From: Candidatus Microgenomates bacterium
Lineage (GTDB): Bacteria; Patescibacteriota; JACPGU01
DNA length: 64,000 nt
Direction of reading: 5' to 3'
Assembly (NCBI GenBank): GCA_016188915.1
Contig: JACPGU010000003.1
Location: 73,045 to 137,044, forward strand
In this document: one piece after another, positions 1 to 8,963 of the stretch
How the letters are laid out: every line of letters begins with the position of its first letter
Numbering within the stretch: the stretch's first letter is position 1
Position numbers and translations under genes: made by a program
The notes under the pieces: generated by a model
The model's database searches: none
Seen by the model: the letters and a program-made list of their open reading frames with translations, nothing else
What the model was told of the DNA's origin: nothing

Positions 1-35
1 TTGACAAAAAAGATTTGCCGGTGGAAGGAATGAGG

Positions 36-68
36 CTCGTTATTCTAGCTTGTAGCTAGAATAACGAG
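36..68. other. Perfect 15-bp-stem hairpin (ctcgttattctagct / agctagaataacgag, 3-nt loop) immediately upstream of tRNA-Leu
   Basis: Read directly: arms 36-50 and 54-68 are exact reverse complements. No clear T-tract follows on the + strand. Confidence 0.5.
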
Positions 69-80
69 AAATAACAAAAT

Positions 81-166
81 GCCCGGGTGGCGGAACTGGT
101 GTACGCGGCGGACTTAAAATCCGTAGCCCTTAATCGGGCTTGTGGGTTCAAATCCCACCCCGGGCA
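81..166 (+). tRNA. tRNA-Leu, anticodon UAA, type II with long variable arm
   Basis: Acceptor stem GCCCGGG/CCCGGGC plus discriminator A. Anticodon loop cTTAAAa. GGTTCAAATCC T-arm. 86 nt with a long extra arm. Confidence 0.85.
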
Positions 167-207
167 TTCTGAAAAAATATAAAACCATCCGAGTAAATGA
201 GCCATAT

Positions 208-1041
208 ATGGATAACTACAAAGGCGATATTATTGAAGAATCTTTGGAAAACAGAGATGTTCTCAAAGAAGTAAATATAATTTCAACGAAAGTTGAAAAA
301 GTTACGGAAGAACATCAAACGCCGTGGCTTTCACGATGGACTTTAGACACTATTGAAGTTGAGGAAGATAAAGCGAGTGATTTAGCTGAGAAATTAAGCA
401 AGGCGCTTGATCCAGAGCACGGCTGGTATATTGACTACCGAAATTACAAATATCATTTTGTTATTTTCAAAAATAGAGTTTTAAAACTGGATCGCAGTAA
501 AAAATCTGATTACGACGACATGATCAAATATGGTTTGTCTGTCGGCACGCCAGATTATCAGTTGCCGAACTTTGCCGATTTGCCTATTGATGTTTTAGAC
601 GCTTTCTTACGAGAGGCGAATTTGAATACTTACGCTAACGAAAATATCAAAAAAGCGTCTTCGCTCCGTCCGGGTTCCAGCGACTATCATTTTGAAAAAG
701 GCGATCTGACTTATCACGACACTTACTTTGGCGCTACTAAATTTGTTGGCGAAGAAATCGTTTATAAAAGTGGCAAACCAGCTTGGGGCATGAATTACTA
801 CGGCTTTACGCTTGATAATGAGATAAGCGAGGGCTTATTTGACGCAATTTTGCGTCCAGCCCTGATGTCTGGTTCGGGCGACAATATACCAGTTCGTGGA
901 CCGAAAGAATTCGTGAATGGAGACTGGAAATACACTTTTGACGCTGAGGGCGATTTAACAAACTTCACAGGCGTAGAGGAAATTTCTAAAAATGGCAAAG
1001 TGGTTTGTCGGTTATACTGCCACGGCGGATTTATTGAATAA
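208..1041 (+). CDS. Hypothetical two-part protein (278 aa)
   Basis: ATG at 208 is in frame with ORF 142..1041. The upstream part of that ORF overlaps the tRNA and is unlikely to be coding. No recognised motif. Confidence 0.5.
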   Translation: MDNYKGDIIEESLENRDVLKEVNIISTKVEKVTEEHQTPWLSRWTLDTIEVEEDKASDLAEKLSKALDPEHGWYIDYRNYKYHFVIFKNRVLKLDRSKKSDYDDMIKYGLSVGTPDYQLPNFADLPIDVLDAFLREANLNTYANENIKKASSLRPGSSDYHFEKGDLTYHDTYFGATKFVGEEIVYKSGKPAWGMNYYGFTLDNEISEGLFDAILRPALMSGSGDNIPVRGPKEFVNGDWKYTFDAEGDLTNFTGVEEISKNGKVVCRLYCHGGFIE

Positions 1042-1159
1042 AATCAACGGAAGATTTTTATTAGCAAGAAAGGAATTAAAAAACACCTCAACGCCCGAAG
1101 TTGGGGGAAGGATAATATCCTATGGACTTTATCGAGCAGATTTTGACAATAGTTAATAA

Positions 1160-1528
1160 ATGGATTGTATGATTGGTAAATATCATCAAGGTTTGACATT
1201 AGAAAAATGGGCCTCTTATGGCACAGACGGCATGATTGGTAATATCGGGAGTGACATTAGTCGCGCTATTTCCGCTCGAGCAAAAAACGACGAACTTCAT
1301 TACCGCGCTTCAGTCAATAGGGCGATAGAGCTGATAGAAATGACAGCGGAAGTCTTGAGAAAAAGCGCCACTCCGTGGCGCGCTAAGGAAATGGAATGCT
1401 TGCGAGAATTGGTTCTCGGCGTGGAAGATAGTAGTATGATTGATCCAGACGGGTTAGAATATGCCGACAATTATTGTATGGAGTTTGCCTTGAGGGCTCA
1501 AAAAACCTTTATTGCAAATCATTCCTGA
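1160..1528 (+). CDS. Hypothetical protein (122 aa)
   Basis: ORF track only. No recognisable motif. Confidence 0.4.
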   Translation: MDCMIGKYHQGLTLEKWASYGTDGMIGNIGSDISRAISARAKNDELHYRASVNRAIELIEMTAEVLRKSATPWRAKEMECLRELVLGVEDSSMIDPDGLEYADNYCMEFALRAQKTFIANHS

Positions 1529-1579
1529 TAAGGTTTAGTTATAATTCTTGCAACTTTACAAATAGGAGGAACGAAGCAA

Positions 1580-1747
1580 ATGTCGAGAATCCCAGAAATA
1601 AAATGTTCATTCTGCGATACTCCCATGGAATATCAAGGAGGACCGAGCGACACGAATCTTCTGATTATGCGATGCCCCAAGAAGGGCTGTGGCTATCAGA
1701 GGACATGTTATGTGGAAGGGACACTAGTGGCGACGCACTCATCTTGA
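1580..1747 (+). CDS. Small zinc-ribbon protein (55 aa), CxxC...CxxC; below the ORF-track size cutoff
   Basis: Strong RBS aggagga at 1565-1571, ATG at 1580. Translation MSRIPEIKCSFCDTPMEYQGGPSDTNLLIMRCPKKGCGYQRTCYVEGTLVATHSS has two Cys pairs typical of a Zn ribbon. Confidence 0.5.
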   Translation: MSRIPEIKCSFCDTPMEYQGGPSDTNLLIMRCPKKGCGYQRTCYVEGTLVATHSS

Positions 1748-2259
1748 GGGAAAAAGAAAGGAGCAGAGTATTGTCCAAGATACTGAATACTTTCGTGAAG
1801 GCTTCTGGTGATTTGTTGGAAAACGAGAAACTTTTAGCTTTCTTGGCGACAGTGGAGAAACAATGCCATCACTTGGTTGTCTGCGTGGGTGGCGGGAGTC
1901 AGATTAGCCAAGCGCTGGCGGAGAAAGGGATCGAAAGTCAATTCGGCCCTTTGGGGCGAGAAATTACCACCGACGAAGGCGGGGCAATAGCTTCAAGGAT
2001 TCTGAATGATAACGCTCGGGCATTTAGAGCCCGATTGTCCCAGAAAGGGATTAGCGCCGTAGTGCTGACTCCGATTTTGCAAATCGGGGGGCTCATCTGC
2101 CTTGTCAATGGCGACATCTATACTTTGAGTGCCTATCATGGCTTCAGTCAGCTTTTCGTGGCAACGCGAGCCGATCGGTTGGAGAAGAAAAGAGAGGAAT
2201 TCGCTCGCTTTGGCACGTGTCTTGCCCCGCAAGGGAAAATTGAGATTCTAGGGCTTTGA
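1705..2259 (+). CDS. Amino-acid-kinase-family-like protein, divergent/short; start uncertain (ATG 1705 or TTG 1771 after RBS aaaggag)
   Basis: LVVCVGGGSQISQAL...GREITTDEGG resembles the vVvHGGGpqI...GlRvTD core of carbamate/isopentenyl-phosphate/NAG kinases. The N-terminal KlGGS motif is missing. Overlaps the Zn-ribbon ORF in another frame. Confidence 0.35.
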   Translation: MLCGRDTSGDALILREKERSRVLSKILNTFVKASGDLLENEKLLAFLATVEKQCHHLVVCVGGGSQISQALAEKGIESQFGPLGREITTDEGGAIASRILNDNARAFRARLSQKGISAVVLTPILQIGGLICLVNGDIYTLSAYHGFSQLFVATRADRLEKKREEFARFGTCLAPQGKIEILGL

Positions 2260-2281
2260 AAAAGGAGGTGAATTTTTTACA

Positions 2282-2310
2282 AACGGCTCGTGAAAAGAGC
2301 CGTTTTTTGT
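2282..2310 (+). terminator. Rho-independent terminator
   Basis: aacggctc-gtgaaaa-gagccgtt followed by ttttttg. Confidence 0.7.
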
Positions 2311-2514
2311 TTGCTCAAACTTCCTGAAACTTCCTGTCGAGTCGTCACCCCAGCAGGGAGCTTGCCATTAATAGTGATGGTGCTCAAGAAGTCGCTTTAT
2401 GCAGGAAAAATTTGCTCTATTTGAATAAATTTGATACAATATAGGGACAACATATCGGAAAAGGGAGTCGCCCCTTAAAAACCGGCAAAATAGACGAGGA
2501 AAGGATGGAGAGCC

Positions 2515-3531
2515 ATGTCGATCGTTTCAATATTCTACTATGTTTATTTCATAAACATAGTAGCGGGATTAATTATCGGAGCAATCATTTTGCTGGATTC
2601 AGAAAATGAAGGATTTGCCCCGATTGTTTTGAGCGTTGCGTCTATGGCGCTGTCATGGCTTATTGTCTACCAAGACAGAACCTTATGGATGATTCTTGCC
2701 ACAATACTATTCACTCTTTGTTGGGGCTATTTTCTTTTGCTTGATCAACGAGGTGGCTTTTATGGCAAAGAGATTACTATTACGATGTGGATTCTTCTTG
2801 CTCTGAGCGTTTTGTGCGTCGCCAATCTGTACGGTCGCAATAGATATCTCGCCACAGAGAAGCGCATTGTGGTAGAAGAGCAACTGAAGAAGGCGGCTGA
2901 GGCCGAAAAAATAGCGGTAAAAGTGGCGGAGGAAGAAGAAAGAAAGGAGAAACCCCCCATTACCGTCGGACTACTCGAGGAAAGAGTCAAGGAAATAAGT
3001 GGCATCCGAAACAGATTGAATGTAAAAGAGCTGGAGTTCTCTAGCTTGAAGGAGGGTTTTAAAAAGGAGGTAGAAAAGCACAAAGACGAGATCAAAGAGG
3101 AGTGTAGAAAAAGAGCTCAATGTCCGTCTTCTTTCGATCAGGCATTGGCCGATATCGTTATTAGTTCTAGTCTTGCCTTGATCCAGAAAAAGCGCACCTA
3201 TATCACCGCTCTGGGCAAGCTAGAATTTCAGATAAAAAAGAGTAGCCAAGAGCTACGCTTTTTAGCAGAATCGGCGGAGGCCGATGCTCGGCTGATGAAG
3301 GTCGCAGGTAATGAGGGATCCAGGGAGTTGGTCGAGGCTATCGACAAGATCATCAAAGAGAGTATCGCCTATGACAATTTCTCCAAAGAAATGATGGAGA
3401 AAATCAGTGGTGCTAAATCTCAAAACCTCGAGCCCATTTGGAAGGAGATTTTGGCCGAAGAAGAATTTAGGATTCAAGAAGGAGAGCGAAAAAGGCAGGA
3501 AAGTGAAGATGCTTTGCTGAATACTGAATGA
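2515..3531 (+). CDS. Membrane-anchored protein: N-terminal TM helices, coiled-coil, conserved C-terminal helical domain (paralog of 4885..6051)
   Basis: Hydrophobic N-terminus. The C-terminal segment LIQKKRTYITALGKL...FLAESAEADARLMKVAG...ELVEAIDKIIKES aligns to the C-terminus of the 4885..6051 product. Confidence 0.6.
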   Translation: MSIVSIFYYVYFINIVAGLIIGAIILLDSENEGFAPIVLSVASMALSWLIVYQDRTLWMILATILFTLCWGYFLLLDQRGGFYGKEITITMWILLALSVLCVANLYGRNRYLATEKRIVVEEQLKKAAEAEKIAVKVAEEEERKEKPPITVGLLEERVKEISGIRNRLNVKELEFSSLKEGFKKEVEKHKDEIKEECRKRAQCPSSFDQALADIVISSSLALIQKKRTYITALGKLEFQIKKSSQELRFLAESAEADARLMKVAGNEGSRELVEAIDKIIKESIAYDNFSKEMMEKISGAKSQNLEPIWKEILAEEEFRIQEGERKRQESEDALLNTE

Positions 3532-3552
3532 AGAATCAAAGGGGGATGGAAA

Positions 3553-4383
3553 ATGTTTAGGAAAACGTGGGATTTTTTGAAGAATAATTTTCCAGTTTGG
3601 CTAAAGAACCTCTTGGTTTTTTCCATACTGGCGATTATCATGATTGGAATCTTCAGGTTCGGCAATGCCTTGGCCGTGTTTTTGGTCTTTCGATCAATAG
3701 CCAAAAGCATTGCTTTCAATTCGGGATTACCGGATTGGATCGCCTACTTGATGGCAATTCCTCCAGTAGCGATGCTGGCTTACGGGATGAAGATGTCTTT
3801 TTCTTTTTCGGCAAAAAAACGAAGAATAGGCTACGCCCTCTTGTGTGGTTTTTTCTTTGTCCCCATGATGATAATGGGGTTTATCAGCAAAGACCATGTC
3901 TATTATCCCGATGGCCGACCGGCGAAATGTTACGCCGCTACACTAACGGGATATGAGTATGTCTCTTGCGAATGGAAGGTTCACCCTGTTTTTGGGACGG
4001 CAGTAAAGCCTGTTGTTCCAGATATCATTCATGCTATATGGGCGCAGGAACGCCAAGTGCCGGCGGTGGAGAGAATCGTTCCAACGAAAGACACTCGTTT
4101 TTATACGACTGATGGACAACCCCTCATCTGGTTTTATCAAAGACCGGATGGCAGGATAGAACTTTTCGGTCGACCCGGCTATCATCCGCAATTTGGCAAT
4201 GTTCAATTGCAGCCGGCTACCAGTGAAATTGTTTTGAAAATTTTTGAGCATTTGGAAAAAGAAGAGAGGAATATGGTCATTTTCTCCAATGACTCAAAAA
4301 AGCAAGACGAAATCTCATCTTCCAGCACAAGGGAGCTACAAAAGCTTCGCGATCTTTTCGTCACGATTGGGGGTGATAACTAA
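3553..4383 (+). CDS. Polytopic membrane protein, hypothetical (276 aa)
   Basis: Several hydrophobic segments in the first ~120 aa, soluble C-terminal half. No motif recognised. Confidence 0.5.
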   Translation: MFRKTWDFLKNNFPVWLKNLLVFSILAIIMIGIFRFGNALAVFLVFRSIAKSIAFNSGLPDWIAYLMAIPPVAMLAYGMKMSFSFSAKKRRIGYALLCGFFFVPMMIMGFISKDHVYYPDGRPAKCYAATLTGYEYVSCEWKVHPVFGTAVKPVVPDIIHAIWAQERQVPAVERIVPTKDTRFYTTDGQPLIWFYQRPDGRIELFGRPGYHPQFGNVQLQPATSEIVLKIFEHLEKEERNMVIFSNDSKKQDEISSSSTRELQKLRDLFVTIGGDN

Positions 4384-4384
4384 T

Positions 4385-4585
4385 ATGGGCGATGACAACA
4401 GGAAAACGACGAAAGAAAAGTGGATTCTTGGCGGGCTGGTTGCCGGTGCCGGAATCTTCACTGGTTTGGCGGTTGCTCTTTTCAGAAATCCCGAAAAGGT
4501 AAGGGAGAAATACGAAGAGGGCAAGAAACTCGGACGTGACCTCATCGAAAAATTTGAAAGTACCATCAAGGGGAAGAAACCTTAA
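4385..4585 (+). CDS. Small membrane protein (YtxH-like: Gly-zipper TM + charged helix), 66 aa
   Basis: ATG 4385 in frame of ORF 4244..4585. WILGGLVAGAGIFTGLAVALF followed by a K/E-rich tail. Confidence 0.45.
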   Translation: MGDDNRKTTKEKWILGGLVAGAGIFTGLAVALFRNPEKVREKYEEGKKLGRDLIEKFESTIKGKKP

Positions 4586-4884
4586 GGCTGACCCATCGAG
4601 GGGGAAATAACCGAAGATGCCAGCACGAAACTTATCTGCCGGTCTTGAATCAGGCCAGTGGATCATTGCTCCGCTTTCTCGCTTGCGAGTAGCGGAGTTT
4701 TTTTATAGCATCTCAGACCAAATCTATGGGCGGGAAACCCATAAAGCTTCATTGAGAAGGTAAGAATATTTGCTATAATTGAACAATTTTGCTATGATAT
4801 GGTAGTTAGGTAGGAGCTACAAGTGTACTTTAATTTTTTTAAAAAAATCAAAACGCATATGTTTTGCGGAGGAGAGATTCAACC

Positions 4885-6051
4885 ATGGGGAATAAAACTC
4901 TCAGTATTCTCAAAAGCATTTTTGGCATCATTTTATTTCTTCTCTTAGACGTCGGTTTCGGTCTAATATTAGCTTTTTTGGCAGGGGCATTATTCGCTGG
5001 TCTATTCCTGGGGCTTGATTATTCCTATGATGCTCCCCTCAGTACCATGTTTATAGACGCGTGGCTGTTTTGCACAACACCTTGTAGCATGGTCCTCTTC
5101 CCTATAGTCGGATTGGCCTTCCTTGATTACGCCCAAAATTTTTTGGACAGCAGTAGTAGCAAAAGCGTGCGAAAGCAGTCCATGCGGCTTGCGGGAGTAT
5201 TCGCCATAGCCATGAGCATAATCTCTATCTTGATCTTTATTTTTTCTAGCAATCGCCTTCTTGCTACTGGCTATATAGCTATCGGTTTCTGTGTGGTCTG
5301 GATTATCTGCTCAATTATGGTTTGGCCTTATGACGGAGATTATTTTATGAAAAAAGACCGTTATCAGCAGCCGAATCAGGAAAAAATCACCTTTGACTCT
5401 TATATTAACCTCCCCAAGTGGACATGTTTTGGCATTTGTCTGGCGATGTTGGCGCTCAATATTGCCTATCCCATCAATCTCAGGTTGATACCTGAGCATA
5501 CGACCGCAAGGGTCAAAGAGGATAGGGCAGATGAAAGAGCCGAGCGTCCTCCAACTCCAGGTAGCCTAAGTGGAAAAATCCAGAATCTCGTTTCTGTTCA
5601 GAAGCAATTAGAGGCGCAACAAAAAGAGATCTCTCGCGTTAAGGGAGAATTCTTACAAGAAATCGATTCTCATAAGGCGGATGTTGATGGTAGGTGCAGA
5701 CAGACGCAATGCTCGCTGAAGTCTCCGACCACCATGAACGATCCTGTCATTAATTCTGCCTTACGCCTTATTCAGAAGAAGCGCATCTATGTTTCTGCTC
5801 TGGACAAGATGTGGTATCAAATGGAACAGGCGAGGATGGAGAATAGTTTTCTCACCGAATCGGCAAAGGCCGACTCAAAATGGCTAAAAGTTGCCAAAAG
5901 TAAGGAGTCGGCAGAATTGGTAGAAAAGATTGACAAAATTATCAAAGAAAGCGTTGTCAGCCCTGACCTTTCTACTGAGACTATGGAAAGATTAGGAGGA
6001 AAGGGGCAAAGCCTGGAAAGCATTCTCGGAGAAATACTAGGTGAGCCCTGA
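4885..6051 (+). CDS. Membrane-anchored protein with conserved C-terminal helical domain (paralog of 2515..3531)
   Basis: RBS ggagg then ATG 4885. Multiple TM helices. C-terminus LIQKKRIYVSALDKM...FLTESAKADSKWLKVAKS...ELVEKIDKIIKES matches the 2515 product. Confidence 0.6.
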   Translation: MGNKTLSILKSIFGIILFLLLDVGFGLILAFLAGALFAGLFLGLDYSYDAPLSTMFIDAWLFCTTPCSMVLFPIVGLAFLDYAQNFLDSSSSKSVRKQSMRLAGVFAIAMSIISILIFIFSSNRLLATGYIAIGFCVVWIICSIMVWPYDGDYFMKKDRYQQPNQEKITFDSYINLPKWTCFGICLAMLALNIAYPINLRLIPEHTTARVKEDRADERAERPPTPGSLSGKIQNLVSVQKQLEAQQKEISRVKGEFLQEIDSHKADVDGRCRQTQCSLKSPTTMNDPVINSALRLIQKKRIYVSALDKMWYQMEQARMENSFLTESAKADSKWLKVAKSKESAELVEKIDKIIKESVVSPDLSTETMERLGGKGQSLESILGEILGEP

Positions 6052-6094
6052 GAGTCTTAGCTCGCCTCGTTTTCCACTATTATTGTCTAGCATA

Positions 6095-6123
6095 CGCCAC
6101 TCAAATACGAGTGGTGTTTTTTT
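6095..6123 (+). terminator. Rho-independent terminator (for 4885..6051)
   Basis: ccactc-aaatac-gagtgg followed by tgtttttttt. Confidence 0.7.
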
Positions 6124-6132
6124 TAAAATAAA

Positions 6133-6186
6133 AACCGAAAATATTTTCCAAAAACTAAGAATGTTCTATGGAGAATATTTTCGGTA
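6133..6186 (-). terminator. Hairpin with T-rich tail on minus strand (terminator for 6208..6978)
   Basis: accgaaaatattttcc / ggagaatattttcggt arms (1 mismatch), ~20-nt loop. Minus strand reads into ttttattttaaaaaaaa. Confidence 0.45.
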
Positions 6187-6207
6187 TCCAGGTTTTATGA
6201 CAAGTAG

Positions 6208-6978
6208 CTATCTCCCATGTCGACCCTTCAGATCAGAGTCACTGACCACACAAAAAACTGCGTGTTTGACATCGAAAATATGATAGGCGGGGTCGACCAA
6301 AATAGGAGAAGGAACATCGATCATGGCGCAAGCATGAGTTACTTTTTTGTCATAGCAATCCCTATCGACTGTTACATATTGAGCTTTGACCCCCACCGAT
6401 CTGACAAGAACGATAAAGAGATAGGCCTGTTCTCCGCAAACTCCCTTGCCCTTGCGAAGCACTTCTTCTGCCGTATGATAGCCTTCTTTCCGGTAGGAAT
6501 ATTCGTGGTCGTAGCTAATGTTTTCTTGCATCCAATTGAAGATAAGGCGAGCCTTTTCTCGTGGAGACTTTTCTTTGCCGACTATCTTCTTTGCCAAATC
6601 ACGACCCTTCTTTGAAATGATGAAGGGATGGCTTTTCACATCGGGTATTATTTCCTCGAAAATAATTTTGAAAACTATACCCGACACTATTTGCAATATA
6701 TCGCCTTGTGCCTCAAACGATCTGAGAGAGGCCTGCCTTTTAATTTCATCCAGACTATCCCTTAGAAGCATGCGACTGTTGATATTAAGGGGTATCTCAT
6801 AATCACTGGTTATCCTATCGGCTATTATGGCGCACACGGTATTGGCGATATTGTCCAGAATCTTCACTTTTCTAACTTGTTGGCTTTTCTTTTTTAGCTC
6901 TGACGTAGAAAGAATCGCCTTTATGGTGATGCCTAAGAAGAACAAAAAAATCAGTCCGAGAAAATAAAGATAAGACAT
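6208..6978 (-). CDS. Membrane-anchored transglutaminase-like cysteine protease superfamily protein
   Basis: N-terminal TM. KGKGVCGEQAYLFIVLVRSVGVKAQYVTV...H...D is the Cys-His-Asp transglutaminase-like core. Confidence 0.6.
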   Translation of the reverse strand: MSYLYFLGLIFLFFLGITIKAILSTSELKKKSQQVRKVKILDNIANTVCAIIADRITSDYEIPLNINSRMLLRDSLDEIKRQASLRSFEAQGDILQIVSGIVFKIIFEEIIPDVKSHPFIISKKGRDLAKKIVGKEKSPREKARLIFNWMQENISYDHEYSYRKEGYHTAEEVLRKGKGVCGEQAYLFIVLVRSVGVKAQYVTVDRDCYDKKVTHACAMIDVPSPILVDPAYHIFDVKHAVFCVVSDSDLKGRHGR

Positions 6979-7177
6979 AGCTCATCTGCCTCCCCCCGAT
7001 TGAATTTGTAAAGTGCTCAAGTATATTGTATCTTATCCTAGCTATTTTTACTATAGCAATAGTTGTGGCAACAGGAGCTTCAGTTCCCAAGTGACTTATT
7101 GACGGCGGTTTTTCTGTCTGTTACTATTGAGATACCCCTACCTATGGTGGAGGTATATACAATAATTAGAAAAAACT

Positions 7178-7447
7178 ATGGATACCAAAGAAAAAACCAT
7201 CATCAATTTCAAAAAAGCCCAGAGTTCGCTCGGCAAAATCGTCAAAATGGTGGAGGACGACAAGTATTGCATTGACATCATGCAACAAAATCTTGCGGTA
7301 ATAGGTCTACTCAAATCAGCCCACCAAATGCTGATGGAGGGGCATCTTCATTCCTGTTTTCAGCAAGCTATCAGTACAAAAAATGAAAAAAAGAAACGAC
7401 TAATGACAGAAGAAATCTTGCAGGTGACTAAATTGGCTAATAAGTAA
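7178..7447 (+). CDS. csoR: CsoR/RcnR/FrmR-family metal-sensing transcriptional repressor, Cys-His-Cys (CsoR-type) fingerprint
   Basis: DUF156 signature KYCIDIMQQ...SAHQML..GHLHSC. Cys/His/Cys ligand positions fit a Cu(I)-type CsoR rather than an RcnR H-C-H-H pattern. Confidence 0.7.
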   Translation: MDTKEKTIINFKKAQSSLGKIVKMVEDDKYCIDIMQQNLAVIGLLKSAHQMLMEGHLHSCFQQAISTKNEKKKRLMTEEILQVTKLANK

Positions 7448-7458
7448 AAGGAGGTTCT

Positions 7459-7956
7459 ATGAAAAAAATAGACCCGATGATTTTGGTAGTAGCCTCTATC
7501 GCCATTCTCGTTGGCGTCGGCATTTTTTCCACATTTTTCTCTTTTGAGGGTGAAGATGCGACCCAATATCAGAGTAGCACTAGCGAAAGGCCAAAAATAG
7601 TTATTGCGGAAAAAGAATTTGATTTCGGCGATATTGCTCTCCAAGACATCAAAACAAAAGAGGTAGAGGTCAGAAACGACGGGCAGAAGCCCCTGATCCT
7701 TTCCAATTTTTCCACTTCTTGCAATTGTACCTTTGTCCAGCTAATCCAGGGCGACAAAGAAAGTCCTAGATTTTCCATGCACTATACGGACAAATGGCAA
7801 GCAGAGATTGTTCCCAATGAAAAGGCCTTGGTGCGAGTGATTTATCAACCGAGTCTGATGCCGGTGCAGGGGAAGGTGAATAGGTCTGCGGTTTTCAAAA
7901 CCAACGATCCGGACAATCCTTCTGTGGTCATCAATTTTACCGCTAATGTTCAGTAG
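7459..7956 (+). CDS. DUF1573-domain protein, N-terminal TM anchor
   Basis: FDFGDIALQDIKTKEVEVRNDGQKPLILSNFSTSCNCT matches the DUF1573 consensus FDFG..G....F.F.NtG..PL.I..v..SCgCT. Confidence 0.65.
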   Translation: MKKIDPMILVVASIAILVGVGIFSTFFSFEGEDATQYQSSTSERPKIVIAEKEFDFGDIALQDIKTKEVEVRNDGQKPLILSNFSTSCNCTFVQLIQGDKESPRFSMHYTDKWQAEIVPNEKALVRVIYQPSLMPVQGKVNRSAVFKTNDPDNPSVVINFTANVQ

Positions 7957-7958
7957 CA

Positions 7959-8636
7959 ATGCTTTACCTTGTCATCATCAATGGTCTGATCGACTCTTTC
8001 AATCCTTGCGCTATTGGCGTGCTCTTGTCGTATCTAGCAATCGCGCTTTCTTTGCGAGTCAAAAGAAGCGCCTTCATCTCTTTTGGTCTGGTTTATATCT
8101 TGGCCACCTACGCCACTTACTTTTTGATCGGGCTGGGAATGCTCAAAGTAATGCATCTTTTTGGCGTTCACAATTTCTTCGGCTGGCTGGCGGCCATCCT
8201 CATTCTCTTTCTGGGCGTCTTTCATCTCAAAGAATATTTCTGGCCGCATCTGCGCGTTCCTTTCCTTTCCGATTTTTTGAGTCGTTGCCGGATGCCGAGA
8301 TGGAATAGGGAGGTGACTATTGCCTCCGCCTTGGTTTTGGGATTTCTAATCGGTATTTGCGAATTTCCCTGTTCGGGAGGAGTGTATCTGGCCACGGTTG
8401 GCCTCTTGACTGTCAAGGCCACTTTCTGGCAGGGCATTTTTTACTTACTGGCCTACAACGCCATGTTCATCTTGCCCTTGGTAATAATCTTCGTTTCTAT
8501 TGGCAACGCGCTTGTTTTCTCCCACTTGCAAAAATTGCAGACCAGCACTTTCGCCATTGTTAAGCTCATCATGGGAATTTCCATGTTAGTTTCGGGGGGC
8601 TTGCTCCTCGCTTGGCTTTTGGCGGCCTTGGTTTGA
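7959..8636 (+). CDS. DsbD/CcdA-like (PF13386-like) thiol-disulfide transmembrane protein
   Basis: ~6 TM helices. Membrane-embedded Cys motifs FNPCAIGVLL and ICEFPCSGGVYL resemble the paired-Cys helices of CcdA/DsbD-type reductant transporters. Confidence 0.45.
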   Translation: MLYLVIINGLIDSFNPCAIGVLLSYLAIALSLRVKRSAFISFGLVYILATYATYFLIGLGMLKVMHLFGVHNFFGWLAAILILFLGVFHLKEYFWPHLRVPFLSDFLSRCRMPRWNREVTIASALVLGFLIGICEFPCSGGVYLATVGLLTVKATFWQGIFYLLAYNAMFILPLVIIFVSIGNALVFSHLQKLQTSTFAIVKLIMGISMLVSGGLLLAWLLAALV

Positions 8637-8744
8637 TGTAATATTAGATGTTCGCGATACGATTTGACTTTTTTGTTTTGCCGATAGATAATAAAAAAAA
8701 CGAACGAAGGGTCGATGCAATATCAATAATTTTCAGGAGGTTTT

Positions 8745-8948
8745 ATGGAACAGAATCTCGGAAAATTAGACAGAATATTCCGTTTCCTTTTAGCTTTTTG
8801 GTGGCTTTCACCTACTATGGCGCCGAGTTTTTCGGCCGAATGGTTGAATATTGTCGTTGCTATTGTCGGCTGGATCGCGCTAGCCGAAAGTTTCCTCGGT
8901 TGGTGCTGGTTGCACGGCATTTTCAAAATTGATAATACCAAGCAATAA
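8745..8948 (+). CDS. DUF2892 (YgaP-like) small membrane protein
   Basis: RBS aggagg. DRIFRFLLAFWW...GWIALAESFLGWCWLHGIF fits the DUF2892 pattern DR..R...G....G..CP.Y. Confidence 0.55.
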   Translation: MEQNLGKLDRIFRFLLAFWWLSPTMAPSFSAEWLNIVVAIVGWIALAESFLGWCWLHGIFKIDNTKQ

Positions 8949-8963
8949 TCAAAAAGGAGATCT

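Noticed and set aside
142-207. 5' part of ORF 142..1041 overlapping the tRNA-Leu 3' end
   Set aside because: It runs through the tRNA T-arm and acceptor stem. The first in-frame ATG (208) after the tRNA is the plausible start.
798-998. Short antisense or overlapping ORFs nested in longer genes (e.g. 798..998-, 2760..3095-, 3597..3956+, 10726..10959+, 11216..11581+, 12637..12879+, 22034..22261-, 24275..24676-, 26745..27030, 34587..35327-, 58459..59457-)
   Set aside because: They lie entirely inside longer ORFs that have recognisable domains, and show no RBS or motif. Treated as frame shadows.
1-2260. Possible integrated island at the tRNA-Leu 3' side
   Set aside because: No integrase, recombinase or att-like direct repeat of the tRNA 3' end was found. 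Only small hypothetical genes follow.
6041-6283. ORF 6041..6283 in the convergent intergenic region
   Set aside because: It spans the two terminator hairpins between convergent genes and is low-complexity. Not credible as coding.
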